A program made the translations under genes and the position numbers. The notes under the pieces are model-generated. The model saw only the letters and a list, made by a program, of their open reading frames with translations. It was not told the origin of the DNA and did no database searches. Positions 55,716 through 64,000 of a stretch of 64,000 nt of DNA are shown piece by piece (within the stretch, counting starts at the first letter, position 1; every line of letters starts with the position of its first letter). This DNA comes from Candidatus Daviesbacteria bacterium (GTDB lineage: Bacteria > Patescibacteriota > Microgenomatia > Daviesbacterales > UBA10151), in NCBI GenBank assembly GCA_016176465.1, contig JACOXD010000004.1, positions 114,119 through 178,118 on the forward strand. The letters are read 5' to 3'.

Positions 55716-57497
55716 TTATCCTCCTTTAATTAAATCCTCAGGGTTAGCGGTTATTAACTGGTGCTCCTCAGGGGAAGCAATTACAGACATCGCAACATGT
55801 GTTGGCCCGGCAAAAAATAACCCCTGGCCTACCCCAGCAGATAATAAAAGCCTCATCTCTCCCTCTGATAGATTAAATACTTCCCCAATGCGTTCAATTG
55901 AGGCAGGGCTTTGTTTTAATAGAATTTGAATTGATGAATTAGAGATAATCTCTTTTCCCCGATCTCCTCCTAAGAAATCCTCTACATCTTGAGTAATGGT
56001 TGTTACTCCCAAAAAATATTTCCTTGCTCTTTTAGCAATTTCTACTAAAAAATCAGCTGAGTCAGGATTTTTCATCATATACCAGGCCTCATCTACAACC
56101 AGCAATCTTTTTTTACGCTTAATCCTGATTTTAGTCCAGATATAATCTAGTATTAGATACATAGCTAGCGGCCGCAGCTGATCTGCTAAATCCCTGACAG
56201 AAAATACAGTTAAAGAGTTAGATAAATCAATATTTGAAGGAGCGGAAAAAATCCCAGCCAGCGATCCTTTAATAAACCTCTCTAGTCTAAAATTTAATTC
56301 CAATGCTTGAGGTTCTTCCATACCAGCTAAAACTTTGTACAAATCTTCCATCAAAGGAGGTGGGTTTTTTTGAGTTTTTGGATCAGGGGTAATGCCTTTT
56401 AATCTATAGGTAGTAGTTATTGCTCTATCGAGTATTGCTGCTTGCCCGGCATCTAAACTTCCCAGCACTAATTTTAAAAACCCGGTTAATGATAAAATCT
56501 TTCTACCCAACTCATTTTCACCAGTCATGGCAACAGATGATAAATCAAAAGGGTTAATTTTAATTGGGGAATCAGATGAGAAATTAATATAATTTCCACC
56601 AATGGCTTTAGATAAACTTAGATACTCTTGTTCAGGATCAATTACTATAGCATCTGTCCCAAACATTAAAGAACGCAGCGTTTCTAATTTTACTAAATAT
56701 GATTTTCCCGCGCCTGACTTGGCGAAGATCGTACTGTTCCCATTCTCTAAACTAAACCTGTCAAAAATAATTAGTGAATCATTGTGCTCATTAATTCCAT
56801 ACATTATTCCCTCATTAGCAGTTAGTTCTGAGGAGGTAAATGGAAAAGTAGTAGCTAGGGATGTAGTATCCATATTATGGTTAAGAAGTAAAAGGTCTGC
56901 TCCTAAAGGTAGTGTTGAGATAAAAGAGTCCTCCATCTGCAAGGTTAGAGGATAAGCGTTTATGGAAAGTGAAGCTAGGGTGGATTGTAAAATCTTTGAG
57001 GTATTATCCAGTTCTTCTTTGGAGCTTGAAGGTAGTGTAATATATAACCCCAATTGGAAAAATCTTTCCGCCCCTCTGGCTAGTTGATCTTGCAGCGCTC
57101 TGGCATCATCCAAGGAAACTTGAACTGAAGGGTCTATATCCCTACCTCTTTCCAAATCAGTTTGGATGGTTGCTTCCATTTCAGCAATCTTTCTTTTTAG
57201 ATCATCCAAAATATCTTTTGAGGTAGATGGATAAATAAACATGGAAATATTTAACGAATGATCAAAAGATACTAGTGGTTCAAGCCAGTTTGGGCCAATA
57301 TAACGAGGGTAGCCTGCCACAAAAAAAGAACGAAAATATGTAGTGTTGATTCTTAAATGATTAAAATCAATCTCCATATCTTTAGGAGATAAAACATCAA
57401 CCAAAGAGACTGAATTGTTCACTGTTAATGGCGCATTGTTAATAGAAGTACTTTGAGTTTTTTTAGGCTTAATAAGATCAAGTAAAGGTATTTTCAT
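55716..57497 (-). CDS. VirB4/TraE/PrgJ-family type IV secretion ATPase (C-terminal ATPase domain)
   Basis: Walker A FAKSGAGKSYL, Walker B RLLVVDEAWYMM, and a length of 593 aa. Overall collinear with the CagE/TrbE/VirB4 C-terminal region. Confidence 0.75.
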   Translation of the reverse strand: MKIPLLDLIKPKKTQSTSINNAPLTVNNSVSLVDVLSPKDMEIDFNHLRINTTYFRSFFVAGYPRYIGPNWLEPLVSFDHSLNISMFIYPSTSKDILDDLKRKIAEMEATIQTDLERGRDIDPSVQVSLDDARALQDQLARGAERFFQLGLYITLPSSSKEELDNTSKILQSTLASLSINAYPLTLQMEDSFISTLPLGADLLLLNHNMDTTSLATTFPFTSSELTANEGIMYGINEHNDSLIIFDRFSLENGNSTIFAKSGAGKSYLVKLETLRSLMFGTDAIVIDPEQEYLSLSKAIGGNYINFSSDSPIKINPFDLSSVAMTGENELGRKILSLTGFLKLVLGSLDAGQAAILDRAITTTYRLKGITPDPKTQKNPPPLMEDLYKVLAGMEEPQALELNFRLERFIKGSLAGIFSAPSNIDLSNSLTVFSVRDLADQLRPLAMYLILDYIWTKIRIKRKKRLLVVDEAWYMMKNPDSADFLVEIAKRARKYFLGVTTITQDVEDFLGGDRGKEIISNSSIQILLKQSPASIERIGEVFNLSEGEMRLLLSAGVGQGLFFAGPTHVAMSVIASPEEHQLITANPEDLIKGG

Positions 57498-57500
57498 ATC

Positions 57501-58271
57501 TTAATCCTCTAGTTCCTCAACAACAAATGGTGTAGTAGTTCTTGGTTCACTAGGATAAGCTATCGGTGCTGTTTTTGGTGTAGTAGTTGCCTGAGGGCTA
57601 GTTATTGGAGGTGTTGAGGGTTGAGTTGTTGCCATCTGAGCAGGTGGATTAGGGGTAGAAAGTGAAGAAGCGAGGGGTAAGTTTAAATTAGTTGATTCAA
57701 CTTCTAAAACAGTTTCTTGAAATTCACTAGGGTTATAAATATCATAAAATAATTCAATTAACTTAGCACTGTTTAATTGCTGCGCTCGCAAGCCTATTCT
57801 CCATAATTGACGGATAATATGGTCTCGCCTTGGAATTAAAATAGTCAAAGCTTTTTGGCTGTTTTTGGTACTATTTTTTGTTAAGCCAAGTTCTAGATAA
57901 GAGAGGGGAATGATTATAAAAAATTGTTTATCCAAAACATCATTTTCTTTTACTGTTTGGGAGATAAAATTTTTATACCTTAAAATCATTGATGCAAGTA
58001 AGGGGTTACTTTGTTTTTTGTGTGCCTCTTCAAGCTTTTCCAAATAAGAGGTGACATTTAATCTTTTAGACCTAATCATAATTTGAATTGAAAAAGAAAG
58101 TGAGTTTAAAAGTCCGGCAAAACCGCTAATGATAGAAAGCTGTTCTCGCTCAGATAGTAAGCCAAAGTTAACAGCGCTTGTCTCCAATATAAGTGCTAAG
58201 CTAGAATCTTTTAAAATGACTAAATCACCTTGGATATCTTGGATTGGTAAATGTTCTTGAGTAGTAGCCAT
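57501..58271 (-). CDS. VirB4 N-terminal-domain-like protein (a separate ORF immediately upstream of the ATPase ORF), with a Pro/Thr-rich C-terminal tail
   Basis: LPIQDIQGDLVILKDSSLALILETSAVNFGLLSEREQLSIISGFAGLLNSLSFSIQIMIRS matches the N-terminal pattern of Gram-positive VirB4 homologs (ip.~~i~dgii~~kdGsy~kil~v~~iN~~L~s~~E). A TAA stop and a 3-nt spacer precede the ATPase ORF. Confidence 0.45.
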   Translation of the reverse strand: MATTQEHLPIQDIQGDLVILKDSSLALILETSAVNFGLLSEREQLSIISGFAGLLNSLSFSIQIMIRSKRLNVTSYLEKLEEAHKKQSNPLLASMILRYKNFISQTVKENDVLDKQFFIIIPLSYLELGLTKNSTKNSQKALTILIPRRDHIIRQLWRIGLRAQQLNSAKLIELFYDIYNPSEFQETVLEVESTNLNLPLASSLSTPNPPAQMATTQPSTPPITSPQATTTPKTAPIAYPSEPRTTTPFVVEELED

Positions 58272-58308
58272 AATAATAGTTAATAGTTCACAGTTAATAG
58301 TTTATTGT

Positions 58309-59490
58309 TCATAGATTTTTGGCATGGATACTTATAGGAGGAATTACTTTTCCATCAAGCGTTATCTCTAAAGTGTCAAAGTAAAATCCTTCTTTTTCAA
58401 GGGTAATTGTGTAAGTTCCATTAGGTAGGGGTGTTGCCGCTAAGAATTGGCCTAATTTGTTTGATTTTAGGGCTCTAACGGGTAATCCTTGCTTATCATG
58501 GGTTACAATAATTACGCCATCCAAATAATTACCCTGGTTATCAGTTACTATCCCATTAATACTATTGGGTGTGGAAGTTAAAGTGATCTTAGTATCTTTG
58601 CTTGATGCAAGCTCTGGTGCTACTACTACTTTTTTGGGAGTAGGGCTAATTGGGGTTTGGGCAAGCAAAGCTAATTTATGGGAGATTTCTGCTTGCTGAT
58701 TATTTAATGCTGACAAAGTTTCTAAAGCTAGTTGAAGCTGTGCAGCAAAATAGGTAGTATTAGTACCTGGTTGGACAGCCGCAGCTTTTATGCGGTTAAT
58801 CAAATTTTGCGTTTCTATAATTTTAGTTTGGATAATTTGAGCTTGCTTGGCTAGCTCCACTTCCAAATGTAGTTGTTCACTGCTAGGCAAATGGGGAGGC
58901 ATAAAAGTTTTTGGTACCTCAGGAGGAATTTGTGGTTGAGAGAGAGTTGAGGGTTGTTTTGGAGGAGTTGTTAGGGGAGGAGTAATGGGCTGGTTAATAG
59001 CTTGAGGGGCAGGGATATTAATAGTTGAAGCGGTAGGAGTGTTTACAGGTGAGACTGTAGCAGTTATTGGAGCTGCTTGCTGGTCAAACCTAGCTATGGT
59101 TGTTATTTTAGGAGTAGTTGAGTTTTGAGGTCTTGGGGCAAAACTTAAGAGGTAATAAGCTAAGCGGTTTTTAAAAAACAATTCATCTTTTTTAATGTTT
59201 TTAGATTGCCAGGTTCTTTTTGTTGGATTAAATATTGCTTTAAAAAAAGTTATTGCCCAATGATCTAGAGGTCTTTCATAAATGGGTAAAAAAGCAAAAG
59301 CTGCTCCAAATGAAGCTGAGATTATAATAATAGGCCAGGCAATTAAAGGAAGCTTAGGAGCAATTAAAATAAAAGTTAAATAAGCAGTTGCGAGTCCTGC
59401 TGCCAGATAAAGAAACTGCTTTAGTGTCATATCGCCAACTAGATGAAATTCAAATTGGCTGACATTTTTAGGTACAGGGTGTCCGTCCAT
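58309..59490 (-). CDS. PrgI/VirB3-like two-TM membrane protein with a Pro/Thr-rich linker, a coiled coil and a C-terminal carboxypeptidase-regulatory-like beta-sandwich domain
   Basis: The N-terminus FEFHLVGDMTLKQFLYLAAGLATAYLTFILIAPKLPLIAWPIIIISASFGAAFAFLP shows the PrgI-family hairpin topology. The C-terminus GIVTDNQGNYLDGVIIVTHDKQGLPVRALKSNKLGQFLAATPLPNGTYTITLEKEGFYF is a CarboxypepD_reg-like fold. Confidence 0.45.
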   Translation of the reverse strand: MDGHPVPKNVSQFEFHLVGDMTLKQFLYLAAGLATAYLTFILIAPKLPLIAWPIIIISASFGAAFAFLPIYERPLDHWAITFFKAIFNPTKRTWQSKNIKKDELFFKNRLAYYLLSFAPRPQNSTTPKITTIARFDQQAAPITATVSPVNTPTASTINIPAPQAINQPITPPLTTPPKQPSTLSQPQIPPEVPKTFMPPHLPSSEQLHLEVELAKQAQIIQTKIIETQNLINRIKAAAVQPGTNTTYFAAQLQLALETLSALNNQQAEISHKLALLAQTPISPTPKKVVVAPELASSKDTKITLTSTPNSINGIVTDNQGNYLDGVIIVTHDKQGLPVRALKSNKLGQFLAATPLPNGTYTITLEKEGFYFDTLEITLDGKVIPPISIHAKNL

Positions 59491-59639
59491 AACACAACAA
59501 GCTTATAATGTGAAAATTTTACTGTCCAGCCACTCAAAATAGATCATTTTCCACACAATATCTTGGATCTTGAAAAACTTAACTAAACCCTATACGCTAA
59601 GTAATAACTAAATACTTAAAGGATAGATTGGATCAGACC

Positions 59640-59820
59640 AATCTTTAATCAGGGGAAAAGCGATGACCCGCTTCGCAGCGAGGCGAGAATTTCGCTGTTG
59701 TGCCGCAACCGTATAACCGGACTGCCTGAATCCTTTTTCTCTTCGAGCAAAGAGTCCGCAAGAAGCGGATGGGTTTACCAACTTAAACCTCCTCGAAGGG
59801 GGTATTTTTTTGCTAAAAAT
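59640..59820. repeat. GC-rich repeat-derived leader region. It contains partial copies of the hairpin-element family (gcgatgacccgcttcgcagcgaggcgag) and a GATTGG-N6-CCAATC inverted repeat.
   Basis: It shares AGCGAGGCGAG and CGCTTCGC cores with 7095-7120. The track ORF start at 59698 lies in this repeat (MCRNRITGLPES...), so the true start of the downstream gene is probably ATG 59821. Confidence 0.45.
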
Positions 59821-61098
59821 ATGAAAGAATCCCTTGCTCAAACCCCACATTATTTAGGGGAAAATTCTATATTAGATGGGACAGGCTTTGATTTATATAA
59901 AGAAGTCCAAAGATTTTTTTTAAACTTAAATCAAGCTAACAATCCTACACCTGAGCTTGAAGCTAATATTAGAACTTATGTAGTGGAATATATCTTTAAC
60001 GGAACAGTAATACCTCATTTAGTTGATCAAGACGGCGAGGGAAATGTAATTAACAGCTATGACAAACAAAGAATAGTTAATAAAATTACCCCAAGTGAAA
60101 GAAGAGGTGTAATTTTAAGAGCTTCAGAAAAAATTGATGAGTTTTTTAGGAATTTGAGAAGAACAGGCAGAAAAGGTCTTGCAGCAGTCAATAGTCCTGA
60201 AGGTTGGACAGGAATGAGAGATAGTGAAGGAGACTTAATTGAATATGTTAATCATCAAATCCCCATTTTTTGGACGAGGGAGGATAAAAGGTTTAGGGGT
60301 TTAACTTTAGTAACTGATTTAACGCCTGAGCAATCAAAACAATTATCAATTAACTTAGGAATTAATGAGATAAAGTTATCAAGACAAGGTGAGGATTTAA
60401 TTTGCGATATTGTGGAAAACCCAGCAACATTTAGTTATCCAAGATCCCGAATTAAAACACCAGAAGATGTTTTCCAAGAGATCTTAAGAGTTAGAGGCTC
60501 TGGTGATTTTGCCTTTAAACAACAGGATGGGTCTATAAAGTATGTACCTGTTAAAAAGATGCTTGAGGATATTAGAAGGTTTGATGAGCTGCTTGAGTTT
60601 AGTGAAGAGATAGAAGTATATATTGCAAATTTAAAACAGTTTATTTTAGATAATACAATAGATTTTAAAAATCATTTTACTCAAAAAAGATTAGTGAGTG
60701 AAATAGAAAGAACAATTCTGAAAATAACAAGGGTAACTCTTATATCAAGTACAAATGTCATCCTGACCCGCCTGGGCGGGGAAGGATCCACAAAATTAGA
60801 TTCTTCGCCTTCGGCTCAGAATGACAAACACGCTTTGAATGACAATGATTATTTTCCATCTCCAGATAATTTTAAAAAAGAGATTGCTTATTTAAAGATG
60901 CAAGCAGGCTGTGCTGGAGGGGGTAAAGGAAAAAGAAAGGTTTTACTATCTGATAGTGCTAAAGTTTTAGAAAATTTAAACTCTTTTGGGGTTGGTAAAG
61001 GAAGAAGGTGTAAAATGTGTGGGGAGATAAATTATTGTAGTGAGAGTTGCTGGAAAGAGGATTGTGGTGGAGATTTGGATTTTGCAGCTGCAGCATAA
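59821..61098 (+). CDS. Hypothetical protein with a C-terminal Cys-rich zinc-ribbon-like motif. It carries an internal hairpin-element insertion (60745-60818).
   Basis: MKESLAQTPHYLGEN... and a C-terminal CKMCGEINYCSESCWKEDCGGD (C-x2-C...C-x3-C-x4-C). The segment TNVILTRLGGEGSTKLDSSPSAQNDKHAL is encoded by the bipartite GC-rich element. Confidence 0.45.
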   Translation: MKESLAQTPHYLGENSILDGTGFDLYKEVQRFFLNLNQANNPTPELEANIRTYVVEYIFNGTVIPHLVDQDGEGNVINSYDKQRIVNKITPSERRGVILRASEKIDEFFRNLRRTGRKGLAAVNSPEGWTGMRDSEGDLIEYVNHQIPIFWTREDKRFRGLTLVTDLTPEQSKQLSINLGINEIKLSRQGEDLICDIVENPATFSYPRSRIKTPEDVFQEILRVRGSGDFAFKQQDGSIKYVPVKKMLEDIRRFDELLEFSEEIEVYIANLKQFILDNTIDFKNHFTQKRLVSEIERTILKITRVTLISSTNVILTRLGGEGSTKLDSSPSAQNDKHALNDNDYFPSPDNFKKEIAYLKMQAGCAGGGKGKRKVLLSDSAKVLENLNSFGVGKGRRCKMCGEINYCSESCWKEDCGGDLDFAAAA

Positions 61099-61133
61099 GT
61101 GAAAGTTATTTCTTTGCCTGTTTATCAGTATCT

Positions 61134-61335
61134 TCAAGTATCTGCTTTATATTTTATCTCTGCAACGTCAAAAAGACTTAACCCCTTTGGCAATTCTACT
61201 AAAATATCAATATCACTGTCTTCTTTTGCTTCTCCTCGCACATACGAACCAAAGAGAACAGAACGAGTCACTCCCGCCTCTTTTGGGTGAAAAGATGCAT
61301 TTGAAGCTAGCTTAGGGTATAATTTAAAAACAATG
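61134..61335 (-). pseudogene. Truncated MNT-type (Pol-beta-like) nucleotidyltransferase gene fragment without a start codon
   Basis: The minus strand encodes ...IVFKLYPKLASNASFHPKEAGVTRSVLFGSYVRGEAKEDSDIDILVELPKGLSLFDVAEIKYKADT*, which contains the GS-x9-DxD minimal-NTase motif (LFGSYARGEA.EDSDIDLLV). There is no in-frame ATG. The 137-aa track ORF extends antisense through the Pro-rich 5' end of the large plus-strand gene. Confidence 0.4.
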
Positions 61336-64000
61336 GCTGATGGACCTGCCAATAAAGAAGCCGACGGAAACAATGCACCGCCTGAACCCCAAGCAGGTGC
61401 GACTCCAATTGTTCCTTTAAGACCTCCTGGTTCACTAGGTGGATTTAGAAGAGGACCAGTAACTTTAGGGCCTCCAACAGAGCCTGTTACTGAAGCCCCG
61501 GATGCTGAGCCAGAAGAGGAGGAAGAAACAGCTCCATCCCAACCCATACCCCCTTCAGTGACTCCTCCTGAAGTAGTACCAAGTCCACCAGTTGCTTCCC
61601 CTTGGTGGAAAGATGCAGAACCTACTCCAGTTGCGCCTCTTGTCGCTCCACCCCTTATTCCTCCCAGTGGAGGACCTCCAGCCCCTCCTATTCCACCTAC
61701 TGGACCTCTCCCAGAAGAAGCTGGTGATGGGAAATATGAACCGGCTACTCCTTTATCTGAAATGCAAAGACAATATAATTTCCAACATATTCTAAGAGAA
61801 ATTCAGTATGTTGAGGCTACATATCCTGATGCAACCACAAGGCCGGCCGAATGGCAATCTTCTTATGAAGAGGCATTATACTTAAGGGACGCTTATTTAC
61901 AAGATGCTCAAAATAGAAATTTGTTTGCTGACTTACAAAGAGAACTCGATTTTAGCTATGTTGAATTACAAAATGAGTTCTCTCAAAACCCAGCAGCAGG
62001 TTTTCGTTTGGTTAGGAAATTAAGACAGCAAGATGTTGAAGGGGGTATTTGGAGAGATCCCAGATTTGCTGGATTCAAGAGCTGGGGAGAAGGTATCCCA
62101 GATATATATTGGCATACTGGCATAAATAGAATACTACAAGCTTTGGAAGGAAATCCAGCTACTGCTTTTGCTGCTTGGGAATGGCAATCTCCTGCTCTGA
62201 CACCGGAACAAAAGAAAGCTTCCGAAATTCCCCGTGGCAGCTCAGAGTTTAAAGAATTAATGAAAAAAATTAATATTCTTTCTAGAAAATTGTTGTCAAA
62301 AACTATCCCTGTGGATATTAGAATCCAACTAGAGACAGAGCTTACTCAAGCAAAAGAGGCTCGAGATAAACTTGTTGTTGAAGCGAACGACCTAGGTCTA
62401 ATTAGTAATGAATTAAAATGGTTTTTATATAGCCGCTGGAGGTATTTTAGAATCAGGTTGCCTTTGGATCAAAGAAGGGATGAATTTGAACAATATAAAA
62501 ATGATGCTAAACTAAGATCACAAGAAAACCCAGCATTTTGGGAGCAAAATATGGGAGAAAATGGAGAAGATCTTTTTGTTAAGTATGGGGGAGTTATTGA
62601 TTACTTTTGGCAGGAAGGTTGGGATTTAATGGGTTTAGCTATTTTTAAAGATAGATGGGATGATTTTTCTAAAAAAGTTCAGGAGTCAGCAGTGGGTAAA
62701 ATTTGGAATATAGAGGATTTGAAGGGAAATCCAGTAGTAGGAGTAGAGGCTATAAAAAATCTGATTGAAAAAATCAGAATATCTAGAAAACGGTATGCTT
62801 ATTCGCGTGAACGAATAGGTAGTCTAGTTCCTCTAGTCGATGATATTGATGAGCTTCCGGATGTAGTCCTGGATTACTTTAGAAGATCAGCAAAGGCTTT
62901 AGGTAAGGCTAGAATAGATGTACTAATTCAAAATATTGAGCAAAAGAAAAACACTGAGGGGGCAACTTTATTTGATGAATTTTTGCAACTTTTTCCAGAG
63001 TATGAAAATGACCCCCGGGTAGAGCGAGCTCAGGCTTTGATGAATGCAATGTTTAGTATGTTTGGGGCTGAAGCTATTGCTGGAAAAGGTAAAGAAGCAT
63101 GGCCAGGATTTTTCCATTTCTTAAAAGATTTTGTTCAAGATTGGCAAAGCAATTTTGATGCGTTATATTTCAAGCCATTAGTTGCAAGAGCTTTGTATTT
63201 ATTTGCTCAAAACGATGGCGAGTATTTTCGGTTAGGTGCGGTTAGTGAAGAAGATCCTGAACTAGGAGAAATGGAGGCTTTTAAAAAAGCTAAAAAAAGA
63301 GAATTTGTTGAGGATCTAGTAAGACATAAATTAAGAGGTACTAAAGATTTACTAAATAATCATCCTGTTTTCCAACGTTTAAAGAAAAAATTGGATGATT
63401 TAGATAGAAATGATCCAGACTACAATAGTCCAGATTTTGTACCCAGATGGGAAGAATATACCCAAAAAGCCTTGGCAGCTGCCAGCATGAAAACAGCTGC
63501 AGAACAAGCCATACGTGGTGAGGGAGTTGAGGAGCTAGTTGATGAGAAAGAGGAACGAATTAAATTTGAACATGTATTAGCTAGATCTTTAACTGAGGCA
63601 GAATTTGAGGCTATGTATGAAGAAATACAGATACAAGATGTAGAGGATTTTGCAGCAAAGAAGAAAGAAGCAACAGAGGCTGTTGCTATAGCAGAAAGGA
63701 TGATGATTGTTTTAGGTCCAGGAAACAGATTTGCTGGACCCAGGTTAAAGCCCGATGGTGGTGGATTAAAACTAATGTCTGCTGAGGTAAGAGGCAGACT
63801 AGTTCGCTATCTTGAACTTGATGCGAAGAGACCCGTAGATCAGCAAGTATTTAGAGTTACTCATACTTTACATAAATTGGGAATTCATACAACCTTGCCG
63901 GTCTTTAATATGTTTCATCTAGGGGCAGATGACCCAATCCGAACCGCCTTTGAAAAGCATCTTGATAAAAGTGGATTTGATGTAAGTGGAATGAGATGGA
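61333..64000 (+). CDS. Large hypothetical protein with a Pro-rich disordered N-terminus (more than 889 aa, continuing beyond the window end)
   Basis: A continuous open frame from ATG 61333 to the window end. It is absent from the track because it has no stop in the window. The N-terminus is MADGPANKEADGNNAPPEPQAGATPIVPLRPPGS...PPAPPIPPTGPLPEE, followed by a helical, Trp/Tyr/Glu-rich domain. Confidence 0.55.
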   Translation, partial: MADGPANKEADGNNAPPEPQAGATPIVPLRPPGSLGGFRRGPVTLGPPTEPVTEAPDAEPEEEEETAPSQPIPPSVTPPEVVPSPPVASPWWKDAEPTPVAPLVAPPLIPPSGGPPAPPIPPTGPLPEEAGDGKYEPATPLSEMQRQYNFQHILREIQYVEATYPDATTRPAEWQSSYEEALYLRDAYLQDAQNRNLFADLQRELDFSYVELQNEFSQNPAAGFRLVRKLRQQDVEGGIWRDPRFAGFKSWGEGIPDIYWHTGINRILQALEGNPATAFAAWEWQSPALTPEQKKASEIPRGSSEFKELMKKINILSRKLLSKTIPVDIRIQLETELTQAKEARDKLVVEANDLGLISNELKWFLYSRWRYFRIRLPLDQRRDEFEQYKNDAKLRSQENPAFWEQNMGENGEDLFVKYGGVIDYFWQEGWDLMGLAIFKDRWDDFSKKVQESAVGKIWNIEDLKGNPVVGVEAIKNLIEKIRISRKRYAYSRERIGSLVPLVDDIDELPDVVLDYFRRSAKALGKARIDVLIQNIEQKKNTEGATLFDEFLQLFPEYENDPRVERAQALMNAMFSMFGAEAIAGKGKEAWPGFFHFLKDFVQDWQSNFDALYFKPLVARALYLFAQNDGEYFRLGAVSEEDPELGEMEAFKKAKKREFVEDLVRHKLRGTKDLLNNHPVFQRLKKKLDDLDRNDPDYNSPDFVPRWEEYTQKALAAASMKTAAEQAIRGEGVEELVDEKEERIKFEHVLARSLTEAEFEAMYEEIQIQDVEDFAAKKKEATEAVAIAERMMIVLGPGNRFAGPRLKPDGGGLKLMSAEVRGRLVRYLELDAKRPVDQQVFRVTHTLHKLGIHTTLPVFNMFHLGADDPIRTAFEKHLDKSGFDVSGMRW

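Noticed and set aside
59608-59850. 80-aa minus-strand ORF and the 59698 start of the plus-strand ORF
   Set aside because: Both lie in the GC-rich repeat-derived leader. An ATG at 59821 with an AT-rich context is the more plausible start, and the rest is an artefact of the repeat being ORF-open.
1-64000. CRISPR arrays, rRNA or tRNA genes
   Set aside because: No direct-repeat and spacer periodicity, no rRNA-like conserved stretches, and no convincing T-loop (GGTTCGAATCC-type) or cloverleaf candidates were seen by eye. tRNAs cannot be fully excluded without tRNAscan.

Overview
This 64 kb window is AT-rich (about one-third GC), is coding-dense, uses the standard genetic code, and has the hallmarks of a small-genome bacterium, plausibly from the Candidate Phyla Radiation (CPR/Patescibacteria). 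Conserved genes are often minimal in length or carry inserted segments, two FemAB paralogs are present, and many ORFs are small membrane-anchored hypotheticals. The window contains the chromosomal origin neighbourhood: jag-yidC-yidD-rnpA-rpmH on the minus strand, dnaA-dnaN on the plus strand, and clusters of DnaA boxes. Other core genes are sbcD/sbcC, metG, valS, tsaD, murB, ispG, groES/groEL, rnhA, rplY, ligT, an M23 peptidase, a VanW-family protein and cell-envelope glycosyltransferase, flippase and ligase genes. The most notable content is as follows.

1. A convergent cluster immediately downstream of dnaN (51.6-59.5 kb, minus strand) looks like a Gram-positive-type type IV secretion or conjugation-like system. 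It has a VirB4-like ATPase split into an N-domain ORF and an ATPase ORF. It has a PrgI/VirB3-like membrane protein fused to a surface beta-sandwich domain. It has a frameshifted gene carrying a DUF11 repeat and a VirB1-like lytic transglycosylase domain. Secreted and anchored accessory proteins, including an HExxH metalloprotease, complete it.

2. Several families of GC-rich hairpin mini-elements share GTCAT/ATGAC termini. They sit between genes and also in frame inside sbcD, a reverse-transcriptase gene, murB, tsaD, valS and another ORF. murB and tsaD carry homologous in-frame insertions of about 105 nt.

3. A short, degenerate reverse transcriptase is wedged between sbcD and a nudix-sbcC operon.

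4. Two independent reading-frame breaks, in sbcC and in a pyridoxamine 5'-phosphate oxidase (PNPOx)-like gene, both occur at the motif A_AAA_TAA_AAG and both need a -1 shift.

5. An unknown ORF is embedded between groES and groEL. A membrane-anchored PD-(D/E)xK nuclease ORF lies between dnaA and dnaN. A structured GC-rich leader or ncRNA candidate ends in an intrinsic terminator. A HicB gene is followed by a HicA remnant. A truncated nucleotidyltransferase fragment is present. A large protein with a Pro-rich N-terminus (more than 889 aa) runs off the window end.

All functional calls come from motif recognition in the translated ORFs, not from searches.
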